Assembly (NCBI GenBank): GCA_964016885.1
Contig: OZ024745.1
Coordinates: 16,244,001 to 16,308,000, forward strand
From: Eledone cirrhosa
Taxonomy: Eukaryota
Direction of reading: 5' to 3'
Length of the DNA: 64,000 bases
Shown: positions 1 to 15,000 of the stretch, piece after piece
Layout of the letters: every line of letters begins with the position of its first letter
Position numbering within the stretch: position 1 is the stretch's first letter
Made by a program: the position numbers and the translations under genes
Notes under the pieces: generated by a model
Databases searched by the model: none
What the model was told of the DNA's origin: nothing
Seen by the model: the letters and a program-made list of their open reading frames with translations, nothing else

Positions 1-3000
1 GGCTGTTTGATGACTGGGTGGTTGTTTGATGACAGTGGTGGTTGTTTGATGACAGTGGTGGTTGTTTGATGACAGTGGTGTTTGTTTGATGACTGGGTGG
101 TTGTTTGATGACTGGGTGGTTGTTTGATGACAGTGGTGGTTGTTTGATGACTGGGTGGTTGTTTGATGACAGTGGTGGTTGTTTGATGACTGGGTGGTTG
201 TTTGATGACAGTGGTGGTTGTTTGATGACAGTGGTGGTTGTTTGATGACTGGGTGGTTGTTTGATGACAGTGGTGGTTGTTTGATGACTGGGTGGTTGTT
301 TGATGACTGGGTGGTTGTTTGATGACAGTGGTGGTTGTTTGATGACTGGGTGGTTGTTTGATGACAGTGGTGGTTGTTTGATGACAGTGGTGGTTGTTTG
401 ATGACAGTGGTGGTTGTTTGATGACTGGGTGGTTGTTTGATGACTGGGTGGTTGTTTGATGACAGTGGTGGTTGTTTGATGACTGGGTGGTTGTTTGATG
501 ACAGTGGTGGTTGTTTGATGACTGGGTGGTTGTTTGATGACAGTGGTGGTTGTTTGATGACTGTGGTGGTTGTTTGATGACTAAGTGGATGTTTGATGAC
601 AGTGGTTATTGTTTGATGACTGTGGTGGTTGTTTGATGACTGGGTGGTTGTTTGATGACAGTGGTGTTTGTTTGATGACTGGGTGGTTGTTTGATGACTG
701 GGTGGTTGTTTGATGACGGTGGTGGTTGTTTGATGACTGGGTGGTTGTTTGATGACAGTGGTGGTTGTTTGATGACAGTGGTGGTTGTTTGATGACAGTG
801 GTGGTTGTTTGATGACTGGGTGGTTGTTTGATGACAGTGTTTGTTGTTTGATGACAGTGGTGGTTGTTTGATGACTGGGTGGTTGTTTGATGACTGGGTG
901 GTTGTTTGATGACAGTGGCTGTTGTTTGATGACTGTGGTGGTTGTTTGATGACTGGGCGGTTGTTTGATGACAGTGGCTGTTGTTTGATGACTGTGGTAG
1001 TTGTTTGATGACTGGGTGGTTGTTTGATGTCTGGGTGGTTGTTTAATGACAGTGGCTGTTGTTTGATGACTGTGGTGGTTGTTTGATGACTGGGTGGTTG
1101 TTTGATGACAGTGGTTATTGTTTGATGACTGTGGTGGTTGTTTGATGACTGTGGTGGTTGTTTGATGACTGGGTGGTTGTTTGATGACAGTGGCTGTTGT
1201 TTGGTGACAGTGGTGGTTGTTTGATGACTGGGTGGTTGTTGTTTGATGATAATGATTGTTGTTTGATGACAGTGGTGGTTGTTTGATGACAGTGGTGGTT
1301 GTTTGATAACTGGGTGGTTGTTTTATGACAGTGGTGGTTGTTTGATGACTTGGTGGTTGTTTGATGACAGTGGTGGTTGTTTGATGACAGTGGTGGTTGT
1401 TTGATGACAGTGGTGGTTGTTTGATGACAGTGGTGGTTGTTTGATGACAGTGGTGGTTGTTTGATGACTGGGTGGTTGTTGTTTGATGACAATGTAAGTT
1501 GTTTGATGATAGTGGTGGTTGTTTGATGACAGTGGTGGTTGTTTGATGACTGGGTGGTTGTTTTATGACAGTGGTGGTTGTTTGATGACTGGGTGGTTGT
1601 TTGATGACAGTGGTGGTTGTTTGATGACAGTGGTGGTTGTTTGATGACAGTAGTTGTTGTTTGATGACAGTGGTGGTTGTTTCATGACTGGGTGGTTGTT
1701 GTTTGATGACAGTGGTGGTTGTTTGATGACAGTTGTGGCTGTTTGATGACTGGGTGGTTGTTGTATGACAGTGGTGGTTGTTTGATGACAGTGGTGGTTG
1801 TTTGATGACTGGGTGGTTGTTTGACGACTGGGTGGTTGTTTGATGACTGGGTGGTTGTTTGATGACAGTGGTTGTTGTTTGATGACAGTGGTGGTTGTTT
1901 GATGACAGTGGTGGTTGTTGTTTAATGACAGTGGTGGTTGTTTGATGACAGTGGTGGTTGTTGTTTGATGACAGTGGTGGTTGTTTGATGACAGTGGTGG
2001 TTGTTTGATGACAGTGGCTGTTGTTTGATGACAGTGGTGTTTGTTTGGTGACAGTGGTTGTGGTTTGATGACAGTGGTGGTTGTTTGATGACAGTGGTGG
2101 TTGTTGTTTGATGAAAGTAGTGGTTGTTTGATGACAGTGGTGGTTGTTTGATGACTGGGTGGTTGTTTGATGACAGTGCTGGTTATTTGATGACTGGGTG
2201 GTTGTTTGATGACAGTGGTTGTTGTTTGATGATAGTGGTGGTTGTTTGATGACTGGGTGGTTGTTTGATGACCGTGGTGGTTGTTTGATGACAGTGGTGG
2301 TTGTTTGATGACAGTGGTGGTTGTTTGATGACTGGGTGGTTGTTTGATGACAGTGTTTGTTGTTTGATGACAGTGGTGTTTGTTTGATGACTGGGTGGTT
2401 GTTTGATGACTGGGTGGTTGTTTGATGACAGTGGCTGTTGTTTGATGACTGTGGTGGTTGTTTGATGACTGGGCGGTTGTTTGATGACAGTGGCTGTTGT
2501 TTGATGACTGTGGTAGTTGTTTGATGACTGGGTGGTTGTTTGATGACTGGGTGGTTGTTTAATGACAGTGGCTGTTGTTTGATGACTGTGGTGGTTGTTT
2601 GATGACTGGGTGGTTGTTTGATGACAGTGGTTATTGTTTGATGACAGTTGTGGTTGTTTGATGACTGTGGTGGTTGTTTGATGACTGGGTGGTTGTTTGA
2701 TGACAGTGGCTGTTGTTTGATGACTGTGGTGGTTGTTTGATGACTGGGTGGTTGTTTGATGACAGTGGTTGTTGTTTGATGACTGTGGTGGTTGTTTGAT
2801 GACTGGGTGTTGTTTGATGACAGTGGTTTTTGTTTGATGACTGGGTGGGTGTTTGATGACAGTGGTGGTTGTTTGATGACAGTGGTGGTTGTTTAACGAC
2901 AGAGGTTGTTGTTTGATGACTGGGTGGTTGTTTGATGACAGTGGTGGTTGTTTGTAACTTGGTGGATGTTTGATGACAGTGGTGGTTATTTGATGACTGG

Positions 3001-6000
3001 GTGGTTGTTGTTTGATGAATGAGTGGTTGTTTCATGACAGTGGTGGTTGTTTGATGACTGGGTGGTTGTTTGATGACAGTGGTGGTTGTTTGATGACTGG
3101 ATGGTTGTTTGATGACAGTGGTGGTTGTTTCATGACTGGGTGGTTGTTTGATGACAGTAGTGGTTATTTGATGACTGGGTGGTTGTTGTTTGATGACAGT
3201 AGTGGTTGTTTGATGACAGTGGTGGTTTTTTTATGACAGTGGTGGTTGTTTAATGACAGTGGTAGTTATTTGATGACAGTGTTTGTTGTTTGATGACTGT
3301 GGTGGTTGTTTGATGACTGGGTGGTTGTTTGATGACAGTGGCTGTTGTTTATAGACTGTGGTGGTTGTTTGATGACTGGGTGGTTGTTTGATGACAGTGG
3401 TTGTTGTTTGATGACTGTGGTGGTTGTTTGATGACTGGGTGGTTGTTTGATGACAGTGGTTGTTGTTTGATGACAGTGGTGGTTGTTTGATGACAGTGGT
3501 GGTTGTTTGATGACAGTGGTGGTTGTTTAATGACAGTGGTGGTTGTTTGTGACTTGGTGGATGTTTGATGACAGTGGTGGTTATTTGATGACTGGGTGGT
3601 TGTTGTTTGATGAATGGGTGGTTGTTCGATGACAGTGGTGGTTGTTTGATGACAGTAGTGGTTGTTTGATGACAGTGGTGGTTGTTTTATGACAGTGGTG
3701 GTTGTTTGATGACAGTGGTGGTTGTTTGATGACAGTGGTGGTTGTTTGATGACAGTGGTTGTTGTTTGATGACTGGGTGGTTGTTTGATGACAGTGGTGG
3801 TTGTTTGAGGACAGTGGTGGTTGTTTGATGACAGTGGTGGTTGTTTGATGACATTGTTTGTTGTTTGATGAGAGTGGTGGTTGTTTGATGACAGTGGTGG
3901 TTGTTTGATGACAGTGGTGGTTGTTTGATGACAGTGGTGGTTGCTTGATGACAGTGGTGGTTGGTTGATGACAGTGGTTGTTGTTTGATGACTGGGTGGT
4001 TGTTTGATGACAGTGGTGGTTGTTTGATGACAGTGGTTGTTGTTTGATGACTGGGTGGTTGTTTGATGACAGTGGTGGTTGTTTGATGACAGTGGTGGTT
4101 GTTTGATGACAGTGTTTGTTGTTTGATGACCTTGGTGGTTGTTTGATGACAGTGGTGGTTGTTTGATGGCTGGGTGGTTGTTTGATGACAGTGGTGGTTG
4201 TTTGATGACAGTGGCGATTGTTTGATGACAGTGGTGGTTGTTTGATGACTGGGTGGTTGTTTGATGACAGTGGTGGTTGTTTGATGACAGTGGTGGTTGT
4301 TTGATGAGAGTGGTGATTGTTTGATGACAGTGGTGGTTGTTTGATGACTGGGTGGTTGTTTGATGACAGTGGTGGTTGTTTGATGACAGTGGTGGTTGTT
4401 TGATGACTGGGTGGTTGTTTGATGACAGTGGTGGTTGTTTGATGACAGTGGTGGTTGTTTAATGACAGTGGTGGTTGTTTGATGACAGTGGTGGTTGTTT
4501 GGTGACTGGGTGGTTGTTTGATGACAGTGGTGGTTGTTTGATGACAGTGGTGGTTGTTTGATGACAGTGGTGGTTGTTTGATGACAGTGGTGGTTGTTTT
4601 ATGACAGTGGTGGTTGTTTGATCTCAGTAGTTGTTGTTTGATGACTGGGTGGTTGTTGCTTGATGACAATGATTGTTGTTTGATGAGAGTGGTGGTTGTT
4701 TGATGACAGTGGTGGTTGTTTGATGATTGGGTGGTTGTTGTTTGATGACAATGCTTGTTGTTTGATGAGAGTGGTGGTTGTTTGATGACAGTGGTGGTTG
4801 TTGTTTGATGACAGTGGTGGTTATTTGATGACAGTGGTGGTTTTTGTTTGATGACAGTGGTGGTTGTTGTTTGATGACAGTGGTTGTTGTTTGATGACAG
4901 TGGTGGTTGTTTGATGACAGTGGTGGTTGTTTAATGACAGTGGTGGTTGTTTGATGACTGGGTGGTTGTTTGATGACAGTGGTGGTTGTTTGATGACAGT
5001 GGTTGTTGTTTGATGACTGGGTGGTTGTTTGATGACAGTGGTGGTTGTTTGATGACAGTGGTGGTTGTTTGATGACAGTGGTGGTTGTTTGATGACAGTG
5101 GTGGTTGTTTGATGACAGTGGTGATTGTTTAATGACAGTGGTTGTTGTTTGATGACTGGGTGGTTGTTGTTTGATGACAGTGGTTGTTGTTTGATGACTG
5201 GGTGGTTGTTTGATGACAGTGGTGGTTGTTTGATGACAGTGGTTGTTGTTTGATGACTGGGTGGTTGTTTGAGGACAGTGGTGGTTGTTTGATGACAGTG
5301 GTGGGTGTTTGATGACAGTGTTTGTTGTTTGATGACTGTGGTGGTTGTTTGATGACAGTGGTGGTTGTTTGATGACAGTGGTGGTTGTTTAATGACAGTG
5401 GTGGTTGTTTGATGACTGGGTGGTTGTTTGATGACAGTGGTTGTTGTTTGATGACTGGGTGGTTGTTTGATGACAGTGGTGGTTGTTTGATGACAGTGGT
5501 TGTTGTTTGATGACTGGGTGGTTGTTTGATGACAGTGGTGGTTGTTTGAGGACAGTGGTGGTTGTTTGATGACACGGGTGGTTGTTTGATGACATTGTTT
5601 GTTGTTTGATGACAGTGGTGGTTGTTTGATGACAGTGGTGGTTGTTTGATGACAGTGGTGGTTGTTTGATGACAGTGGTTGTTGTTTGATGACTGGGTGG
5701 TTGTTTGATGACAGTGGTGGTTGTTTGATGAGAGTGGCTGTTGTTTGATGACTGGGTGGTTGTTTGATGACAGTGGTGGTTGTTTGATGACAGTGGTGGT
5801 TGTTTGATGACAGTGTTTGTTGTTTGATGACAGTGGTGGTTGTTTGATGAGAGTGGTGGTTGTTTGATGACAGTGGTGGTTGTTTGATGACTGGGTGGTT
5901 GTTTGATGACAGTGGTGGTTGTTTGATGACAATGGTGATTGTTTGATGACAGTGGTGGTTGTTTGATGACTGGGTGGTTGTTTGATGACAGTGGTGGTTG

Positions 6001-9000
6001 TTTGATGACAGTAGTGGCTGTTTGATGACAGTGGAGGTTGTTTGATGACAGTGGTGATTGTTTGATGACAGTGGTGGTTGTTTGATGACTGGGTGGTTGT
6101 TTGATGACAGTGGTGGTTGTTTGATGACAGTGGTGGTTGTTTGATGACAGTGGTGGTTGTTTGAATTACTGGGTGGTTGTTTGATGACAGTGGTGGTTAT
6201 TTGATGACAGTGGTGGTTTTTGTTTGATGACAGTGGTGGTTGTTGTTTGATGACAGTGGTTGTTGTTTGATGACAGTGGTGGTTGTTTGATGACAGTGGT
6301 GGTTGTTTAATGACAGTGGTGGTTGTTTGATGACTGGGTGGTTGTTTGATGACAGTGGTGGTTGTTTGATGACAGTGGTTGTTGTTTGATGACTGGGTGG
6401 TTGTTTGATGACAGTGGTGGTTGTTTGATGACAGTGGTGGTTGTTTGATGACAGTGGTGGTTGTTTGATGACAGTGGTGGTTGTTTGATGACAGTGGTGA
6501 TTGTTTAATGACAGTGGTTGTTGTTTGATGACTGGGTGGTTGTTGTTTGATGACAGTGGTTGTTGTTTGATGACTGGGTGGTTGTTTGATGACAGTGGTG
6601 GTTGTTTGATGACAGTGGTTGTTGTTTGATGACTGGGTGGTTGTTTGAGGACAGTGGTGGTTGTTTGATGACAGTGGTGGGTGTTTGATGACAGTGTTTG
6701 TTGTTTGATGACTGTGGTGGTTGTTTGATGACAGTGGTGGTTTGTTTGATGACAGTGGTGGTTGTTTAATGACAGTGGTGGTTGTTTGATGACTGGGTGG
6801 TTGTTTGATGACAGTGGTTGTTGTTTGATGACTGGGTGGTTGTTTGATGACAGTGGTGGTTGTTTGATGACAGTTGTTGTTGTTTGATGACTGGGTGGTT
6901 GTTTGATGACAGTGGTGGTTGTTTGAGGACAGTGGTGGTTGTTTGATGACAGGGGTGGTTGTTTGATGACATTGTTTGTTGTTTGATGACAGTGGTGGTT
7001 GTTTGATGACAGTGGTGGTTGTTTGATGACAGTGGTGGTTGTTTGATGACAGTGGTTGTTGTTTGATGACTGGGTGGTTGTTTGATGACAGTGGTGGTTG
7101 TTTGATGAGAGTGGCTGTTGTTTGATGACTGGGTGGTTGTTTGATGACAGTGGTGGTTGTTTGATGACAGTGGTGGTTGTTTGATGACAGTGTTTGTTGT
7201 TTGATGACAGTGGTGGTTGTTTGATGAGAGTGGTGGTTGTTTGATGACAGTGGTGGTTGTTTGATGACTGGGTGGTTGTTTGATGACAGTGGTGGTTGTT
7301 TGATGACAATGGTGATTGTTTGATGACAGTGGTGGTTGTTTGATGACTGGGTGGTTGTTTGATGACAGTGGTGGTTGTTTGATGACAGTAGTGGCTGTTT
7401 GATGACAGTGGAGGTTGTTTGATGACAGTGGTGATTGTTTGATGACAGTGGTGGTTGTTTGATGACTGGGTGGTTGTTTGATGACAGTGGTGGTTGTTTG
7501 ATGACAGTGGTGGTTGTTTGATGACAGTGGTGGTTGTTTGAATTACTGGGTGGTTGTTTGATGACAGTGGTGGTTGTTTGATGACAGAGGTGGTTGTTTG
7601 ATGACAGTGGTGATTGTTTGATGACAGTGGTGGTTGTTTGATGACTGGGTGGTTGTTTGATGACAGTGGTGGTTGTTTGATGACTGGGTGGTTGTTTGAT
7701 GACAGTGGTGGTTGTTTGATGACAGTGGTGGTTGTTTGATGACAGTGGTGGTTGTTTAATGACAGTGGTGGTTGTTTGATGACTGGGTGGTTGTTTGATG
7801 ACAGTGGTTGTTGTTTCATGACTGGGTGGTTGTTTGATGACAGTGGTGGTTGTTTGATGACAGTGGTTGTTGTTTGATGACTGGGTGGTTGTTTGACGAC
7901 AGTGGTGGTTGTTTCATGACAGTGGTGGTTGTTTGATGACAGTGGTGGTTGTTTGATGACAGTGGTGGTTGTTTGATGACAGTGGTGGTTGTTTAATGAC
8001 AGTGGTGGTTGTTTGATGACTGGGTGGTTGTTTGATGACAGTGGTTGTTGTTTGATGACAGTGGTGGTTGTTTGATGACAGTGGTGGTTGTTTGATGACA
8101 GTGGTTGTTGTTTGATGACTGGGTGGTTGTTTGATGACAGTGGTGGTTGTTTGAGGACAGTGGTGGTTGTTTGATGACAGTGGTGGTTGTTTGATAACAT
8201 TGTTTGTTGTTTGATGACAGTGGTGGTTGTTTGATGACAGTGGTGGTTCTTTGATGACAGTGGTGGTTGTTTGATGACAGTGGTGGTTGTTTGATGACAG
8301 TGGTTGTTGTTTGATGACTGGTGGTTGTTTGATGACAGTGGTGGTTGTTTGATGACAGTGGTTGTTGTTTGATGACTGAGTGGTTGTTTGATGACAGTGG
8401 TGGTTGTTTGATGACAATGTTTGTTGTTTGATGACAGTGGTGGTTGTTTGATGACAGTGGTGGTTGTTTGATGACAGTGGTGATTGTTTAATGACAGTGG
8501 TTGTTGTTTGATGACTGGGTGGTTGTTGTTTGATGACAGTGGTTGTTGTTTGATGACTGGGTGGTTGTTTGATGACAGTGGTGGTTGTTTGATGACAGTG
8601 GTTGTTGTTTGATGACTGGGTGGTTGTTTGAGGACAGTGGTGGTTGTTTGATGACAGTGGTGGGTGTTTGATGACAGTGTTTGTTGTTTGATGACTGTGG
8701 TGGTTGTTTGATGACAGTGGTGGTTGTTTGATGACAGTGGTGGTTGTTTAATGACAGTGGTGGTTGTTTGATGACTGGGTGGTTGTTTGATGACAGTGGT
8801 TGTTGTTTGATGACTGGGTGGTTGTTTGATGACAGTGGTGGTTGTTTGATGACAGTGGTTGTTGTTTGATGACTGGGTGGTTGTTTGATGACAGTGGTGG
8901 TTGTTTGAGGACAGTGGTGGTTGTTTGATGACACGGGTGGTTGTTTGATGACATTGTTTGTTGTTTGATGACAGTGGTGGTTGTTTGATGACAGTGGTGG

Positions 9001-12000
9001 TTGTTTGATGACAGTGGTGGTTGTTTGATGACAGTGGTTGTTGTTTGATGACTGGGTGGTTGTTTGATGACAGTGGTGGTTGTTTGATGAGAGTGGCTGT
9101 TGTTTGATGACTGGGTGGTTGTTTGATGACAGTGGTGGTTGTTTGATGACAGTGGTGGTTGTTTGATGACAGTGTTTGTTGTTTGATGACAGTGGTGGTT
9201 GTTTGATGAGAGTGGTGGTTGTTTGATGACAGTGGTGGTTGTTTGATGACTGGGTGGTTGTTTGATGACAGTGGTGGTTGTTTGATGACAATGGTGATTG
9301 TTTGATGACAGTGGTGGTTGTTTGATGACTGGGTGGTTGTTTGATGACAGTGGTGGTTGTTTGATGACAGTAGTGGCTGTTTGATGACAGTGGAGGTTGT
9401 TTGATGACAGTGGTGATTGTTTGATGACAGTGGTGGTTGTTTGATGACTGGGTGGTTGTTTGATGACAGTGGTGGTTGTTTGATGACAGTGGTGGTTGTT
9501 TGATGACAGTGGTGGTTGTTTGAATTACTGGGTGGTTGTTTGATGACAGTGGTGGTTATTTGATGACAGTGGTGGTTTTTGTTTGATGACAGTGGTGGTT
9601 GTTGTTTGATGACAGTGGTTGTTGTTTGATGACAGTGGTGGTTGTTTGATGACAGTGGTGGTTGTTTAATGACAGTGGTGGTTGTTTGATGACTGGGTGG
9701 TTGTTTGATGACAGTGGTGGTTGTTTGATGACAGTGGTTGTTGTTTGATGACTGGGTGGTTGTTTGATGACAGTGGTGGTTGTTTGATGACAGTGGTGGT
9801 TGTTTGATGACAGTGGTGGTTGTTTGATGACAGTGGTGGTTGTTTGATGACAGTGGTGATTGTTTAATGACAGTGGTTGTTGTTTGATGACTGGGTGGTT
9901 GTTGTTTGATGACAGTGGTTGTTGTTTGATGACTGGGTGGTTGTTTGATGACAGTGGTGGTTGTTTGATGACAGTGGTTGTTGTTTGATGACTGGGTGGT
10001 TGTTTGAGGACAGTGGTGGTTGTTTGATGACAGTGGTGGGTGTTTGATGACAGTGTTTGTTGTTTGATGACTGTGGTGGTTGTTTGATGACAGTGGTGGT
10101 TTGTTTGATGACAGTGGTGGTTGTTTAATGACAGTGGTGGTTGTTTGATGACTGGGTGGTTGTTTGATGACAGTGGTTGTTGTTTGATGACTGGGTGGTT
10201 GTTTGATGACAGTGGTGGTTGTTTGATGACAGTTGTTGTTGTTTGATGACTGGGTGGTTGTTTGATGACAGTGGTGGTTGTTTGAGGACAGTGGTGGTTG
10301 TTTGATGACAGGGGTGGTTGTTTGATGACATTGTTTGTTGTTTGATGACAGTGGTGGTTGTTTGATGACAGTGGTGGTTGTTTGATGACAGTGGTGGTTG
10401 TTTGATGACAGTGGTTGTTGTTTGATGACTGGGTGGTTGTTTGATGACAGTGGTGGTTGTTTGATGAGAGTGGCTGTTGTTTGATGACTGGGTGGTTGTT
10501 TGATGACAGTGGTGGTTGTTTGATGACAGTGGTGGTTGTTTGATGACAGTGTTTGTTGTTTGATGACAGTGGTGGTTGTTTGATGAGAGTGGTGGTTGTT
10601 TGATGACAGTGGTGGTTGTTTGATGACTGGGTGGTTGTTTGATGACAGTGGTGGTTGTTTGATGACAATGGTGATTGTTTGATGACAGTGGTGGTTGTTT
10701 GATGACTGGGTGGTTGTTTGATGACAGTGGTGGTTGTTTGATGACAGTAGTGGCTGTTTGATGACAGTGGAGGTTGTTTGATGACAGTGGTGATTGTTTG
10801 ATGACAGTGGTGGTTGTTTGATGACTGGGTGGTTGTTTGATGACAGTGGTGGTTGTTTGATGACAGTGGTGGTTGTTTGATGACAGTGGTGGTTGTTTGA
10901 ATTACTGGGTGGTTGTTTGATGACAGTGGTGGTTGTTTGATGACAGAGGTGGTTGTTTGATGACAGTGGTGATTGTTTGATGACAGTGGTGGTTGTTTGA
11001 TGACTGGGTGGTTGTTTGATGACAGTGGTGGTTGTTTGATGACTGGGTGGTTGTTTGATGACAGTGGTGGTTGTTTGATGACAGTGGTGGTTGTTTGATG
11101 ACAGTGGTGGTTGTTTAATGACAGTGGTGGTTGTTTGATGACTGGGTGGTTGTTTGATGACAGTGGTTGTTGTTTCATGACTGGGTGGTTGTTTGATGAC
11201 AGTGGTGGTTGTTTGATGACAGTGGTTGTTGTTTGATGACTGGGTGGTTGTTTGACGACAGTGGTGGTTGTTTCATGACAGTGGTGGTTGTTTGATGACA
11301 GTGGTGGTTGTTTGATGACAGTGGTGGTTGTTTGATGACAGTGGTGGTTGTTTAATGACAGTGGTGGTTGTTTGATGACTGGGTGGTTGTTTGATGACAG
11401 TGGTTGTTGTTTGATGACAGTGGTGGTTGTTTGATGACAGTGGTGGTTGTTTGATGACAGTGGTTGTTGTTTGATGACTGGGTGGTTGTTTGATGACAGT
11501 GGTGGTTGTTTGAGGACAGTGGTGGTTGTTTGATGACAGTGGTGGTTGTTTGATAACATTGTTTGTTGTTTGATGACAGTGGTGGTTGTTTGATGACAGT
11601 GGTGGTTCTTTGATGACAGTGGTGGTTGTTTGATGACAGTGGTGGTTGTTTGATGACAGTGGTTGTTGTTTGATGACTGGTGGTTGTTTGATGACAGTGG
11701 TGGTTGTTTGATGACAGTGGTTGTTGTTTGATGACTGAGTGGTTGTTTGATGACAGTGGTGGTTGTTTGATGACAATGTTTGTTGTTTGATGACAGTGGT
11801 GGTTGTTTGATGACAGTGGTGGTTGTTTGATGACAGTGGTGGTTGTTTGATGACTGGGTGGTTGTTTGATGACAGTGGTGGTTGTTTAATGACAGTGGTG
11901 ATTGTTTGATGACAGTGGTGGTTGTTTGATGACTGGGTGGTTGTTTGATGACAGCGGTGGTTGTTTGATGACAGTGGTGGTTGTTTGATGACAGTGGTGG

Positions 12001-15000
12001 TTGTTTGATGACAGTGGTGATTGTTTGATGACGGTGGTGGTTGTTTGATGACTGGGTGGTTGTTTGATGACAGTGGTGGTTGTTTGATGACAGTGGTGGT
12101 TGTTTGATGACAGTGGTGGTTGTTTGATGACTGGGTGGTTGTTTGATGACAGTGGTGGTTGTTTGATGACAGTGGTGGTTGTTTGATGACAGTGGTGATT
12201 GTTTGATGACAGTGGTGGTTGTTTGATAACTGGGTGGTTGTTTGATGACAGTGGTGGTTGTTTGATGACAGTGGTGGTTGTTTGATGACAGTGGTGATGG
12301 TTTGATGACTGGGTGGTTGTTTGATGACAGTGGTGGTTGTTTGATGACAGTGGTGGTTGTTTAATGACAGTGGTGGTTGTTTGATGACAGTGGTGGTTGT
12401 TTGATGACTGGGTGGTTGTTTGATGACAGTGGTGGTTGTTTGATGACAGTGGTGGTTGTTTGATGACAGTGGTGGTTGTTTGATAACAGTGGTGGTTGTT
12501 TTATGACAGTGGTGGTTGTTTGATGACAGTGGTTGTTGTTTGATGACTGGGTGGTTGTTGTTTGATGACAATGATTGTTGTTTGATGAGAGTGGTGGTTG
12601 TTTGATGACAGTGGTGGTTGTTTGATGACTGGGTGGTTGTTGTTTGATGACTGGGTGGTTGTTTGATGACAGTGGTGTTTGTTGTTTGATGACAGTGGTT
12701 GTTGTTTGATGACAGTGGTGGTTGTTTGATGACAGTGGTGGTTGTTGTTTGATGACTGGTGGTTATTTGATGACAGTGGTGGTTTTTGTTTGATGTCTGT
12801 GGCGGTTGTTGTTTGATGACAGTGGTTGTTGTTTGATGACAGTGGTGGTTGTTTGATGACAGTGGTGGTTGTTTGATGACAGTGGTGGTTGTTTGATGAC
12901 AGTGGTGATTGTTTGATGACACTGGTGGTTGTTTGATGACTGGGTGGTTGTTTGATGACAGTGGTGGTTGTTTGATGACAGTGGTGGTTGTTTGATGACA
13001 GTGGTGGTTGTTTGATGACTGGGTGGTTGTTTGATGACAGTGGTGGTTGTTTGATGACAGTGGTGGTTGTTTTATGACAGTGGTGATTGTTTGATGACAG
13101 TGGTGGTTGTTTGATGACTGGGTGGTTGTTTGATAACAGTGGTGGTTGTTTGATGACAGTGGTGGTTGTTTAATGACAGTGGTGGTTGTTTGATGACAGT
13201 GGTGGTTGTTTGATGACTGGGTGGTTGTTTGATGACAGTGGTGGTTGTTTGATGACATTGGTGGTTGTTTGATGACAGTGGTGGTTGTTTGATGACAGTG
13301 GTGGTTGTTTTATGACAGTGGTGGTTGTTTGATGACAGTGGTTGGTGTTTGATGACTGGGTGGTTGTTGTTTGATGAAAATGATTGTTGTTTGATGAGAG
13401 TGGTGGTTGTTTGATGACAGTGGTGGTTGTTTGATGATTGGGTGGTTGTTGTTTGATGACAATGATTGTTGTTTGATGAGAGTGGTGGTTGTTTGATGAC
13501 AGTGGTGGTTGTTTGATGACAGGGTGGTTGTTTGATGACAGTGGTGTTTGTTGTTTGATGACAGTGGTTGTTGTTTGATGACAGTGGTGGTTGTTTGATG
13601 ACAGTGGTGGTTGTTGTTTGATGACAGTGGTGGTTATTTGATGACAGTGGTGGTTTTTGTTTGATGACAGTGGTGGTTGTTGTTTGATGACAGTGGTTGT
13701 TGTTTGATGACAGTGGTGGTTGTTTGATGACAGTGGTGGTTGTTTGATGACAGTGGTGGTTGTTTGATGACAGTGGTTGTTGTTTGATGACTGTTGTGGT
13801 TGTTTGATGACTGGGTGGTTGTTTGATGACAGTGGCTGTTGTTTGATGACTGTGGTGGTTGCTTGATCACCGGGTGGTTGTTTGATGACAGTGTTTGTTG
13901 TTTGATGACTGTGGTGGTTGTTTGATGACTTAGTGGTTGTTTGATGACAGTGGTTGTTGTTTGATGACAGTGGTTGTTGTTTGATGACGGGGTGGTTGTT
14001 TGATGACTGGGTGGTTGTTTGATGACAGTGGCTGTTGTTTGATGACTGTGGTGGTTGTTTGATGACTGGGTGGTTGTTTGATGACAGTGGCTGTTGTTTG
14101 ATGACTGTGGTGGTTGTTTGATGACTGGGTGGTTGTTTGATAACTGTGTGGTTGTTTAATGACAGTGGCTGTTGTTTGATGACTGTGGTGGTTGTTTGAT
14201 GACTGGGTGGTTGTTTGATGACAGTGGTTGTTGTTTGATGACTGTGGTGGTTGTTTGATGACTGGGTGGTTGTTTGATGACTGGGTGGTTGTTTGATGAC
14301 AGTGGCTGTTGTTTGATGACTGTGGTGGTTGTTTGATGACAGTGGCTGTTGTTTGATGACTGTGGTGGTTGTTTGATGACTGGGTGGTTGTTTGATGACA
14401 GTGGTTGTTGTTTGATGACTGTGGTGGTTGTTTGATGACTGGGTGGTTGTTTGATGACAGTGGTTGTTGTTTGATGACTGGGTGGGTGTTTGATGACAGT
14501 AGTTGTTGTTTGAAGACAGTGGTTGTTGTTTGATGACAGTGGTGGTTGTTTGATGACAATGGTGGTTGTTTGATGACAGTGGTGGTTGTTTGACGACAGT
14601 GGTTGTTGTTTGATGACTGGGTGGTTGTTTGATGACAGTGGTGGTGGTTTGATGACTTGGTGGTTGTTTGTTGACAGTGGTGGTTATTTGATGACTGGGT
14701 GGTTGTTGTTTGATGAATGGGTGGTTGTTTGATGACAGTGGTGGTTGTTTGATGACTGGGTGGTTGTTTGATGACAGTGGTGGTTGTTTGATGACTGGGT
14801 GGTTGTTTGATAACAGTGGTGGTTGTTTGATGAAAATGATTGTTGTTTAATGACAGTGGTGGTTGTTTGATGACAGTGGTGGTTGTTTGATGACTGGGTG
14901 GTTGTTTGATGACAGTGGTGGTTGTTTGATGACAGTGGTGGTTGTTTGATGACAGTGGTGGTTGTTTGATGACAGTGGTGGTTGTTTTATGACAGTGGTG

